Of a stretch of 64,000 nucleotides of DNA, positions 1 through 11,475 are shown one piece after another. Below the pieces are notes generated by a model. The model saw nothing but the letters and a program-made list of their open reading frames with translations, had not been told where the DNA came from and searched no databases. Each line of letters opens with the position of its first letter. The first letter of the stretch is position 1. This DNA is from Magallana gigas. Lineage: Eukaryota. The position numbers and the translations under genes were made by a program. The stretch covers positions 34,348,001 through 34,412,000 of the forward strand of contig NC_088860.1 in NCBI RefSeq assembly GCF_963853765.1, given 5' to 3'.

Positions 1-321
1 CGATATATGTCGCAATCGAGAGGAATTAACATATCCAGTAATTGCTCTCTATTTTGACGGTATGACCAATAAATCCCAAGTGTCTGAAATATGTTTCAGT
101 ATTAAACAAGTCCTTTTAAAATATTTCAACGCTTTTAAAGTCTTGGGGGGGGGGGGGGGGGGCATCTTGCTATTTACCACTAAACCAAATATAACGGTAA
201 CTAGATCTGTTTTTGTCTTCAACAAAAAGACAGAGTGCTTTTCGACTTGTACTACAGTTCCACAAATTTGAAGGAAAAAAAAAACCCACTGAAAAAAGGA
301 TGGTGGGATGGTGGGGAGAAG

Positions 322-390
322 AGGGTAGTGATCGAGCCTGCGACCCTTAGCTTTGCGTTCCTAGTAAGCCTACCACTCAGCCACGGTGAC
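322..390 (-). repeat. tRNA-derived (SINE-head-like) fragment
   Basis: Minus strand reads GTCACCGTGGCTGAGTGG (A box) ... CTAAGGGTCGCAGGCTCGATC (degenerate B box). It resembles the module at 10177-10245. No clean anticodon arm. Confidence 0.5.
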
Positions 391-958
391 TTTTAAAAGA
401 TTGATGTTAAAAATTAAATCAAATGTCAACTGAATGAATGTGATGTGACGCAATAGAACACTTTTTCCACAATGTAAACACGGCGGATCTAAGCCACGCG
501 GGCGCGGTTATACAAGATTGAGATGCGTAGTGAATGGATAGGTGTTACATGACTGGTTAAAATGACAGCATTTCGCTTAAGAAAAATCAGTGCTGCATAA
601 AAACAATGCGGCCGGGTTACTGTTTGCTAAGAAATAAACACGCCAGGTTAAATTCTTGTCGCGAGCTGCCAATTTAAGATGTTGGAAGGCCGGCCACGCT
701 GGATTTACTGATGCACATTCTCATGCTGTTTTGAATTGCATGTGGTTAGACACCGATTCTTTACCGTGCATTTGTGGATTACACGAACGGAAAAGTCTGA
801 AATGAATTCAGGTCAGTCATGTATTTCAGCCAAGTCGGCTAAGAAAAAAAACCAAAAACCGAGCTGAGAGAAAATGTAAACAAAATTGAAATAAAATCGG
901 GGTCAAGGAAGATAGAGTTATCCTTCCTAGAACTTCACAAAGCATTGTCATAGGTTGC

Positions 959-1040
959 TACGAAAGCCGAGAAGGATCATTCGAGATTCGAAATACGAGA
1001 TTCGAATTACGAGATTCGAAATTCGAGATTCGAGATTCAA
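959..1040 (+). repeat. Left TIR with subterminal heptamer array (TTCGAGA/TTCGAAA/TACGAGA)
   Basis: About 8 tandem 7-mers directly after the 22-bp terminal motif, mirrored at 14815-14888. Confidence 0.9.
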
Positions 1041-1373
1041 TAACTGTAACCAACCAATGAAATGTTTTCAAACAGAAGGTATAAGCAATATCCAATCAAA
1101 TGCCGTATCTTATAATGTCGGCAAATTGATCGCCTTAAATAAAAGTCATGGAACCTCATAAAATAAGTATCACAGATGGACTCAAAGAATACAGCTTTAT
1201 CATAAGGCAGAACACATTTTGCCTAGATGAACTAGGTAAGTCAAAATGCACCATCGCATGTGTGAAGATGGTCCTACCCAAATTTACGTTTTCATTTCTA
1301 TTTGCCAGAATTACTTGGCACACTTGAAATTTCTGCACGTGTTACGACCTTGTCATGCTGTACTTTTTTCCCG

Positions 1374-2324
1374 TACGCGGGGGTGTTAAGGAAGCATATG
1401 GGCAATTTAGCGTCTTAATTTGACTGTTATATTCAAAATCGTGAAATTAAATAACTATTTTGAATACGATCAAAAACTAACTATTATCCTTTGAAATAGA
1501 TGTAAGTGCAAAAAAATCGGGTAGTATATTACTGCCACATTGGTGCATTATCACGTGACAACTATAAATAGCTTACGTATATTCCTTAACATAAAATGAG
1601 ATAGAACAACACTACCCCGCGGTTTACAAAATAAAATAAATAAACCAAGTGAAGGCAAAACATCTCAGTTTAATCAAAACTGCTGCTAGAATCCAATGTT
1701 TTTCTTAATTCAATAGTTATTCATCCAGTTCTCGTAAAACCTTCCCAACTTTTATAAAGTTTGCACGGAAAACGGCAAGTTGCATCAAAACAACACACAG
1801 CATGGGATTCTAGCAGCATTTTTCATTTTAAGCATTGATCAAACTAACGATACATATAAAATTCAAAGTTAAATATATGCGGGGTAGTGTTGTTCTAGTC
1901 GGATTTTTATATCGTAAACAACGACAGAGGAAAGCCTGGCCGAAAAATAAAAGCAAATTTACATACCTTTTAGCGAATGATTGATGAAACTAACATCTAT
2001 CCTAGTATTCTTATGTCCCATTCTCAATAAATCACACCACAATATTTTATTAGAGTTCTTAGATTAGTTATGTTTTGAATATGTTTACAATGCTTTCCGA
2101 TCAAATTCACACGACATTCAACTTTTAGTCATGACGTCATCAATGTATAAATCTACGTAATACAAACTAATTTCTGAAAAAAAATTGACTTCAGTATATT
2201 TATTTGCTTTTGGTCTACGTAACGTTGCTTAGATAATTGAATATGTACATAATAACTAAGATTTGTGATATCACGAAATTACATGCAACTCAGAATCCAT
2301 ATGCTTCCTTAACACCCCCGCGTA
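1374..2324. mobile_element. Non-autonomous TIR element (MITE-like), possibly Kolobok-type with TTAA TSD
   Basis: Perfect 28-bp inverted repeat TACGCGGGGGTGTTAAGGAAGCATATGG (1374-1401) and its reverse complement (2297-2324). Second internal 19-bp inverted pair at 1602-1620 and 1879-1897. No ORF. Confidence 0.7.
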
Positions 2325-3356
2325 GTAGATCTTTGATTCTTTTCATAGAACCCCAACCACAATATATCCTTAATTCTAAGTTATAAGTAAGTGTATGCCG
2401 TATATTGAAATTTAATAGCTGGTGTGTGTAAAAGGGGGGGGGGGGGGTAGGAAACGTTACCTAAACCGCCGTACAAATTAAATCTGCTGGTGAGCTGGTT
2501 AGAACAAGGTGCACATTATGAATACATAACTAGTCTTGTGGCTCTAAATCATTTCAATTTATACTCAGTACTGTCTCATGGTTGATCTTGAAAGGGGCAT
2601 TAGGTAGGGTCTAGCCGACCCCCCCCCCCCCCCCCTGGAAAATTCAAATATTTATAATTACCAAACAATACATGTATGCCTAGGAAACCCCCCTGGCAAA
2701 CTCGATTGGTTAATGAAGGCCAAGATCGAGAGAGACCTAGAACATTACACCCCTACGTTGGTTTCAGCTGCACAGGGTTTGTGGGGAGTCCCTCTTCCAA
2801 AATGTCAATACATTACACACCAAGTCTGGGAATTAACTTGTGAAAGAGGTTCATAGAGGTTTATGTTATTTACCTCAATCATGATTATTTACTCTGAATT
2901 TACTCTGAATTTTTATCAACCTTTGCTTAGAAATGTTTTCTTCATTCAATTTATATAGTTCTTTAAATATAACACGATATATAGCTATTTTATTTTATGA
3001 TTGTTGTACAAGAGTTGTGTGTATTACGAGTTTCCTTTTGAATTGCCTCTGCCCCAATTAAGTTCCGTCTGAAATGAAATTATGGTGGAAAAACATCAAA
3101 GGAGTCATTAGCATGGAGGATATTAAGCAATTAAAAAGGTTTCAACATTTTGTTTGGAATATAGAAAAAATGCTGATTAACCTATGTAAGTAATGATGCG
3201 CAAAGAAAAAAGAAATATTTAATTCAGTCATTCCAGGACAGGTCAGCTCTGGAATGTTGAGGGATGTCTGCATTGTTTAAACTTTAAACAGCCCCCCCCC
3301 CACCCCCGAAAAAATTCTGTATCTGCACATACTCTATTTTGGTCCCAAATTTGAGG

Positions 3357-3361
<5 letters not shown>

Positions 3362-3409
<48 letters not shown>
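3362..3409. repeat. (CT)n microsatellite
   Basis: Direct reading. Confidence 0.95.
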
Positions 3410-5195
3410 GTGCCTGTGATGTTAACTGTCAATTTGATCATAATTCTGAATTTCCTAAAAAAACTTATGGAGCGAGTATGCATTTTTTCCATTATACATC
3501 GGGATCAGGGTTCAAATTTAATTAATAATACATCCCAACTTAATTGAAATTGAATTGGTGGGTGTCATGTCATGTATTTACTGAATGAGGTAAGCTCTAT
3601 CAAGGTCTGTGAGGGATGAACTTTATTATTATGAATAGAATGCAATATAATTTGTTTACCAAATTAGGGCCTCATATATCCAGTCATCGGGCATGACATA
3701 TGAATCAATGTAGTCCGACATATCCGAAATAAATCGATCACCAAAGAAAGCATGTTATTGTTTAAATAATTATACATGTATATAAACATGATAAACCAAG
3801 TAGGACAGTTTTGTAGAATGATATAATGCAATGATCAACAGGTCTAGGCAACCTCCGTTGTTGGAGGATAGCTCAATTTCAAGATGGCTGCTAATTTTAA
3901 CCATATATGGAAAGTCACTTTGCATTGTGGGTGAAACTATCCTCCATTTTTGGAGGATAGCATGGGTATATTTCAAAGGTTTCGTGCATATCTTTAATGA
4001 AAAAATGCAAGCACCAGACCATATGGGAAATAAAGTTATGGAAACAAAGTAATGATTTTATGCGGCGATTTGAAATTCTATGTATAGTATTTTCACAATA
4101 TGCTTTGAAAGTGTGTATTTTCTGTGTTCAGTTTAACAAATGACATAGACTATTTACATCTGTTTCATTTAATCAAAATCACAAAATAGTGATGTTTATT
4201 CCTCATTAAAACATTAATGACTTAATTCACGTTTAGAGACACATAATAGATATCTTGATCTGCTATATTGTACATAGGAAATGTTTGCATATACCTTAGG
4301 AACTTTGTAGCTCTTATTCTAATTAATTCACAGGTTATTTAGTATCATTTAAATTTAATCCCCTTCACACAAGAAGACCTTGTTAAATTTTATTAATCAA
4401 AATGATACCATTTATAGATATCAATTATCCTGAATATTGAAAAAAAATGTGAGAGTCTTCACATAAAATATTTTCTTTAAAATCAGCCCTGCAATTATTT
4501 AAACTTAAATATTATCAATAAATATAATTATTAATAGCTAAATAAGGTGATATTTTTATTGTCTAATAATTATATTTTATTCATAGTTAACTCCCTTTGT
4601 AAAAACAGAATTAATTGCCCTTCATCTGAAAAGATCCACCAGGGGGCGCAGACATCTATCCTCCAATTTTGGAGGATAAAATATATCCTCCAAAATTGCT
4701 CAAGATTTATTTATCAAGATATATTTTCAAGTGTAAATAGAATGGAAGCAGCCTAAATTAATCTTTTACCAAAGATTGGAGAGTGCCCGATAGGGCAGTG
4801 CATTTAATACATATAATGATTCAAGATAGTCATGTAGATGTATAAAATCCTAAAAGATAACATCATCAAACGTCTTTGAGAAAGAAAAAAAAATAGATAC
4901 ACCTATATTTCATATCTGACATATGACAGTGACAGACAAGTGATCCTTTTTTTTTTTTTTTAGTTCTGATGTTAGCATTTTTTAGACAATTAGATTAAAG
5001 ATAATATATTTCATACTCAGCCTTATTAATTAAGTGAACAGTTCATATAAGTTCTTGCAGTTCTAGAGTCATGTTTACAATAATATTTCTTAATTACAAT
5101 GTAACGAAGTGATTAAATGATTTTTAATGTATGTAATATAATCTTTGTATATTCTATAATTTTCTTCAGCTCAAGCTTTCCCTGGAGCCACGTCA

Positions 5196-8098
5196 ATGGC
5201 ATATGCAGATAACATCGCAGAAAAACAAAAAATAATAATTCCATCCAAAAATGGATTATTTGTTTCACCAGAAGGGGGGTGGTTCAAACAAAGACGAACA
5301 TTTCATGTAGTCAAAGGTATGTTATTATTCATCATCTTTTACATTTAATTTTATCAAAATTTTAATGTTAATGAAAGATTATTACATGTAATATTAAGCT
5401 AATGTTAATACATGTATATTGCTTTGAATTTTTTTTCGTTGTAAATTTTATTCGTTATTTGTGTTTTTTTTACTTTAAAAGGAAAAGAAGCTGAAAATAC
5501 TAGTCTGAGAGATATAAGAATTGCTAATATCATGAAAAAAATTAGAGATCAGAAAAAAGCATGCGCACAACCACAGAAGGTAATGTTGTGTTATCTGCAT
5601 TGACCATTAGCAATACGTGTACTTAACATAATAATAAGGCCCAAAAAATTAATGAGTTGGTCATCAATTCATGCAAAATATTTCATAAATATTGTGCATC
5701 AGGTGGCTGCATGCTTAGTTTTGGGAGGGGGTCCAGACCCCCTCAAAAAAAAGAAAACTTATTAAGGTAATGCAACAGCAATTGTTTTAAGCAGCAGTGC
5801 CTGATCATGAACCAATGCATATACATTTTTTGGCCTTACTTTTAGGCAATAATATATACTAACTCAAAAAAACCCACATGTGATATGATATATCCACTGC
5901 ATATTCATTGATCTGAATCTCAATTATCTTCCTTTATTTATTTACAGAGAAAGATTGAATCTACATTCTCCTCATATGAAAAGTATACACGGAATCGGAA
6001 CCCAAGAATACGTGTGGGTTGGCGACACTTCAAGAATGGTACTGGTAGTTTTAAGCAGGTTTTTTACAAAGATGGAGGAGGTGTTAGAGAAGTTCCTTTG
6101 CCTTCCCTAGATATTGATATTAGAGCTGTTATTCACCATTTAAAGAAAGTCATGTTTCCCACAGGAGAATGTAAATACGGAGATGTTAATCAGACGGAGC
6201 TGAGTTTGGGTGATTATGCAGGAAAGATATTGAAGAATTTTGACATACAGGGAGATGACAACCAATGCTTTGGAAAATATTTGCAAGCACATGGGCTCCA
6301 TCTTTCAAGATGTACATTTTACTTAATGACTCAAGATATGATTACCTCCTCAGTTGATATTTCCAGTGACATTAGTGATTCTGAAATTTCAGACAAGAAA
6401 ACCTTGGGTAGAAAAAAGACAGACAGAAAACAGGATTCTAAAGTAGAAGAGCTTGATCTGGCATCCCTTTCTGTTCAGCGTCATCTTGTGCCCTTTGATT
6501 TATCTGGTGTTGTCTGTAAAAAAACTAGCTATCAGTATTCAATATGCACGTGAAAATACTTCGAACTATGATAGCGAGAGTTGCTTGATAAAATGTCATT
6601 CAATTTTAGAGTGCCAAAATATTTCGTCATTTACTGAGCAAGTGGATGAAGATGAAGACTACAATCCATGTTTGCATGGATTTTTCATAAGCAGGATCAG
6701 AAAGGTCAAAAGTGTTTTTTGGATTGCAAGTTTGAAAGATCTACTCATAATGGTATTTTAGAAAAGACTGTCCAATTCCCGTCATCCCTCAAAACTGAAA
6801 ACATGGAAGGAATCATTCTTCATGAACCAATTGAGATCTGGGGTTATGATGGGGATAAATGTGCGCTTGGAGTTGTTCCTAATGCAGATGAAAATGTCGA
6901 GTATCAATGGTTTAGAGATGACATTCCAGTAAATAATGGGGAATGTAGCTTGTACATTGTCAACGAACCTGGAACATATACGTGCCTGGTTTCATATGCA
7001 GATCTTCAGCAAAAGTCCAAACCAATCCAATTCATTTCTATTGAGATAAATGGATGTGAGACTTCAGTTGAACCAGCAGAATCTGTCAAACCAAATTCAT
7101 ATTCTAATTCAACTGATTAAGCTGTAGTAAAGGACTTTCCTGTTTCAAAGAAGGTTAGAATTGAAAACTCTGATTTGGTGAGAAAGCCAGGTGATTTAGA
7201 AAAGAAGAATTCTTCATGTGTCAAAGATAATTTGTGTTTTGCTGCTCCTGAAGTAAAAGTTGATGACCTACACATAGACTATTCAACTGCATTAGGATCG
7301 GGGGCATTTGGAACTGTGTACAAAGGCAAATGGGCAGGATCAGTTGTTGCAGTAAAGGCACTCACTGTTACCAAAAGGAATCGGAGTATAATGCTTGATA
7401 TGGTAGAAAAAGAGATAAACATCAGCTCTAGGATCCGTCACCCAAACATTGTTCTATTCCTGGCTGTAGCTAGAGCACCAACCACAATTTATCTTGGTCA
7501 TGAATACATTGATGGTTGTAATATGGAAGATGCTATTTTTGATCAAGAAACAAGGCAGCTGATGGATATAAAACCTGGGGACAAATTGTTCATTCTTCGT
7601 CAATGTGTACAAGGTGTGGCATATTTGCATGCTCTAGTTCCTCCCATAATTCACCAAGATATTAAACCCAGCAATATCATGATTAAAAAGGTTTGTCATA
7701 CTACCAAGCTTTGTGACTTGGTAGTTAGCCGCATCAAATCAGCAAGAGCTGCCAGTATGTGCACTACCCAAATTGGAAATGCCTGTGGAACACCGTCATA
7801 CATGGCCCCGGAGTGTTTGATTCACAACGAGAAAACTAGGATAAGCTCAGACATTTGGTCCCTTGGTATTATCTTGATTGAATTTGCAACTGAGGAAGAT
7901 GCTTGGTCAGTAGATGATGTGGTGGATACAGTGGATGCCATTAAGAAGAAGATGACAGAAAAAGAGCCCCCCATCCCAAATGTTAATGTCATAGGTGTAC
8001 CGGAAGAAGTCATGACCTCTAAAAAACTCTGTGTAAATTATGACAAATTGTTACGCCCAACAGCTGAAGATGTTTTAAAATGTGTGTCTTCAGTCTAA
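5196..8098 (+). pseudogene. Transposon-borne spliced gene: N-terminal domain + Ig-like domain + Ser/Thr (TKL/MAP3K-like) protein kinase; disrupted in this copy
   Basis: GT-AG exons 5196-5316, 5482-5579 and 5948-8098 join in frame (MAYADNIAEK...HVVK-G-KEAENT...QPQK-RKIEST...RVGWRHF). ORFs 6014, 6668 and 7175 share one frame. They are separated by a short out-of-frame stretch (about 6500-6670) and a single TAA at 7118-7120. Kinase motifs: GSGAFG, VAVK, HQDIKPSN, DLV (for DFG/DLG), GTPSYMAPE, SDIWSLG, RP. Confidence 0.85.
7175..8098 (+). CDS. Protein kinase domain ORF (307 aa), C-terminal part of the gene above
   Basis: All major kinase subdomains are recognisable in the supplied translation. 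Confidence 0.9.
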   Translation: MVRKPGDLEKKNSSCVKDNLCFAAPEVKVDDLHIDYSTALGSGAFGTVYKGKWAGSVVAVKALTVTKRNRSIMLDMVEKEINISSRIRHPNIVLFLAVARAPTTIYLGHEYIDGCNMEDAIFDQETRQLMDIKPGDKLFILRQCVQGVAYLHALVPPIIHQDIKPSNIMIKKVCHTTKLCDLVVSRIKSARAASMCTTQIGNACGTPSYMAPECLIHNEKTRISSDIWSLGIILIEFATEEDAWSVDDVVDTVDAIKKKMTEKEPPIPNVNVIGVPEEVMTSKKLCVNYDKLLRPTAEDVLKCVSSV

Positions 8099-8875
8099 AT
8101 GTGCCCCTTTCAAATTGGAAGTAAAGTATCTTGGAACTGAAAATGTTGGAAAATAGTTCGTTTGAATCATATATGAATTCCTTTGTTATAATTTGTATAT
8201 TAAGAACTTTGTCTATTGCTTTGGGTAAGAAATGTCAGCAATACAGAAATTTTCAAAAATCCAGTAGGGCATCTACTGTCTATGAATCTTCTTTTTTAGT
8301 TTCAAACACAGGGCGAAAAACCATCTTTAAGCAAGTCCTTAAAGGTGGCTTAAAGGTGACTTAAAGGAGCTTAAAGGCTATACAACCTTTAAGCCGCCTT
8401 TAAGTCACCTTTAAGCAAGTGCTTATAGGTCCTTAATGTCCAAACTTCTTTAAGCTACCTTTAAGCCACCTTTAAGCCACCTTTAAGCATCTTTAAGTGG
8501 CATTTACGCTCTCTTTACGCTGCCTTTACACTGTCTTCAAGTGGCCTTTAAGTCAATATTGATCAAGCTGAACAATAAAAACATATATTAAATGCAAAAG
8601 CTCTTTTATAGAGATGGGAGGGGGTCATCCGAGTGATAATATAATTTCCAAGGAAGAGGGGGGGGGGTGTTCCAGGCGGTTTTAATCGGCGCTCCATTAA
8701 ACACAGATCGCTATCATCAGCACCGCTCTGATGGACACAGATTGCCGTTATAAAATTCTTTATAATTTTTGGGGGGTTTCAAATTTATTGTAGGTATGAG
8801 CGCAGTCTCTGTATCTTAATATGTGCATAAAACTAATTAAAGTATGTTTGTTTCCTATTATAAAGTAATCGGTGA

Positions 8876-8882
<7 letters not shown>

Positions 8883-8917
<35 letters not shown>
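8883..8917. repeat. (CT)n microsatellite
   Basis: Direct reading. Confidence 0.95.
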
Positions 8918-8921
<4 letters not shown>

Positions 8922-9131
8922 CATCCGGTTATTAAACAAAATAAAGATAATGAACCAAAAATGCATGATTTAATTTGTTAATCGGTTTAAGGTTTGTATT
9001 TTATTTTTCAATTTTCATTATTTCTAACTCTAGATCTGCTAGATACATGTTAAAGATAAAAAGACTCTCAACTGCCTTTGTTATATCGGGCAGGATATTA
9101 CTGCTTTGTTTGTCTAGACATAGTTTTGTTC

Positions 9132-9354
9132 GTTTGTGTATATCTAATTAGAGTCTATTGTTTGTCCAACTTAAGAAAACCCCTGGAACTAACACAGAAT
9201 ATACAAGTTATACACAGCAGTTGTGTCGTGTGCCCAGGTGCATGTTTGTGTATATCTAATTAAAGTCTATTGTTTGTCCAACTTAAGAAAACCCCTGGAA
9301 CTAACACAGAATATACAAGATATACACAACAGGTGTGTCGTGTGCCCAGGTGCA
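9132..9354 (+). repeat. Tandem duplication, 2 x about 111 bp
   Basis: GTTTGTGTATATCTAATT...GTGCCCAGGTGCA at 9132-9242 and 9244-9354, with few mismatches. Confidence 0.9.
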
Positions 9355-10176
9355 CGTCAGGGTTTCTAAAGGCGTTGAATCTTAGTATGTACGAGTATAC
9401 GATAAGTCTAGTGAATAAAAGTTAATCTACATTTGTAATTCATTTTCAAAGTATTATATCCTAGCTCTGGGTTTCAAAGATGTTACGTCTACAAATTAAC
9501 GATACATGTATGTAAGAATAAAATCTTGAGGCTAATTAATTAATGTACCGGTGATCATAAATAGGGGTTGATTATTTAAATATATGTATAAGGGTAAATA
9601 TGTCAAATATACCCGGCCTGGCACATCATACAATTGTATGTACAAGTCATTTGCAATTGCCACATGCAGTAAATACGTCACCGGTAATTGGTAATTTTGT
9701 TTGTTATAGAATTGATAGTTTAAAAATCATGTACATGTACATACAATTACATGTAAATATTTAAACATATTGGAACGGCGCCGCGATCATGAAAACCGGG
9801 AAATTGCGGGAAATTGAACAAATACCCTAATAGTATCAATGCATTTAATAAAAGAAATGATTTCATTTTCTTTCTTACACTTTTATAGCTATAAATTAGA
9901 TGAACGTATATCTACTCGGTTTAAATTTATTAACTAAGAAAGCCTACTATAGTGAACCTAACAGTTTCCATTTAGGTATAATATATTTTTGTTCACTGAA
10001 GACCAAGTTCCGTATTTCATTCTAAATACATGCATGCATGTAATTTATAAATTAGATATAATTGATTGTTACAAACTGAATGGTTTGTCAAAATCTTTTC
10101 AAGTAAACACATTCAATACAGTGATTCAATATCCACTGATATATAGGATATAAAAACGCTCATATATATGTAAGTT

Positions 10177-10245
10177 GCCGTGGCGCAGAGGATGTGTGGT
10201 GATGCTAGTAAACTAAGGGTCCCGGGTTCAATTCTCGCCGTGGCC
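10177..10245 (+). repeat. tRNA-like Pol III module (SINE-head-like) inside the CACTA element
   Basis: A box TGGCGCAGAGG, B box GGTTCAATTC, GCCG/TGGC acceptor-like pairing, followed by a long T run. Anticodon arm is non-canonical. Confidence 0.55.
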
Positions 10246-10924
10246 GGTTTTTTTGTGTTTTTTTTTTTTTCATTTTTCTTTCTAGAACAAAAACCGTTTT
10301 AATACATTTTCTTTCATAAAGCTAATACATTTTGTTGGAAATTAAGCACAATATTGAATTAAATTTTCTTTAATGGCTTAAAGGTGGCTTAAAGGTGGCT
10401 TAAAGGTAGCTTAAAGGTGGCTTAAAGGTGGCTTAAAGAAGTTTGGACATTAAGGACCTATAAGTTGTCCTTAAAGGTGGCTTAAAGGTGGCTTAAAGAT
10501 GGTCTTTAAGCTGCCTTTAAGCCATCTTTACGCTTTCTTTAAGCCACCTTTAAGCAATACTTATAGCTTAAAGGTAGCTTAAAGGTTGCTTAAAGATCGT
10601 CTTTAAGCTACCTTTAAACACCTTTAAGCTATCTTTAAGGAGGACTTAAAGATGGTCATTCATCCTGTGAAAAGTACTTAATTTCATTACAGTGAACTCT
10701 TTAATTGTTTGTATTTTTGAGAGGAAAATACCTTTAATATGTTAAAATGTTGAGATTTTCTATCACTAGAGGTACATGTTGATTCATTACTACAGAAAAT
10801 GGTGCAATTTTTTTTTACAAAGCTGCGCATGCAAGTTTTACTGCATATCTCTTTTAGCATTGTATGAGTTATGTATGTGTTGTTTAGTTACTTTAATTTT
10901 TTTTTTATTTGTTTTATGGGTTTT

Positions 10925-11475
10925 TTGTAGGTCACCTGAGTCAATCAAAGGATGTACTGCTATTTGTTTTTCTTCTATTGACATACATTGACCTTTAACA
11001 TTTGAACATCCAGATAAATTGTTTAAATTAATTCATGAACCCAGGGTCAGGGGTTTTGTTATTAAGATGGGGCTCTTTTGTGATATAGTGGACATGGATT
11101 TTACTCTTTAATTAAAGATCATCCTTTCTACTACTGATACTGGGCATATAATAGGAAAACTAAGTGCATAGTTTAAGTGAGCCAAAAGCTGTTCTTGATT
11201 GGTGAAATTCATGACCCTAGGGGAAAATACTGTTTAAATTTTAAGATTTAAAGCGTTAATCTAAAAACCTTTAAACTGCCTATTGTTTATGTCATACATG
11301 TTTTTCAGGTCATACTTACTTCAATGGGTCACAATTGTCCATCTACTAGACATTGAATGTTACCAAATATTTTAAAAAAAACTTACAGCAATTATTTTAA
11401 AAACATGACATGCTAATTTTTTATCATGTTTTTTAAAATACTCAGGTGACTGTTAGAGCCCTTGGGCCTCTTGTT
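10925..11475 (-). mobile_element. Helentron-type non-autonomous element (HINE)
   Basis: Sub-terminal inverted repeat GTCACCTGAGT (10931-10941) and ACTCAGGTGAC (11440-11450). Ends GGGCCTCTTGTT. Flanked by T-rich sites. Confidence 0.6.

Larger units (their letters stand above)
8307..10669. mobile_element. Non-autonomous EnSpm/CACTA-like DNA transposon
   Basis: Ends CACAGGGCGAAAAACCATCTTTAAG and CTTAAAGATGGTCATTCATCCTGTG, flanked by AA(A) on both sides. Large subterminal arrays of the 11-mer TTAAAGGTGGC in both orientations (about 8322-8530 and 10375-10655). No coding capacity. Confidence 0.75.

Noticed and set aside
980-1040. TTCGAGA/TTCGAAA arrays as heat-shock elements or CRISPR repeats
   Set aside because: They lack the alternating GAAnnTTC spacing and have no unique spacers. 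They are part of the TIRs.
10177-10245. Functional tRNA gene
   Set aside because: The D and anticodon arms do not pair canonically by eye, and it lies within a TE. Treated as tRNA-derived.
8322-10655. 11-mer arrays as a CRISPR array or iterons
   Set aside because: Head-to-tail repeats without spacers, in eukaryotic context, at the ends of a CAC..GTG element.
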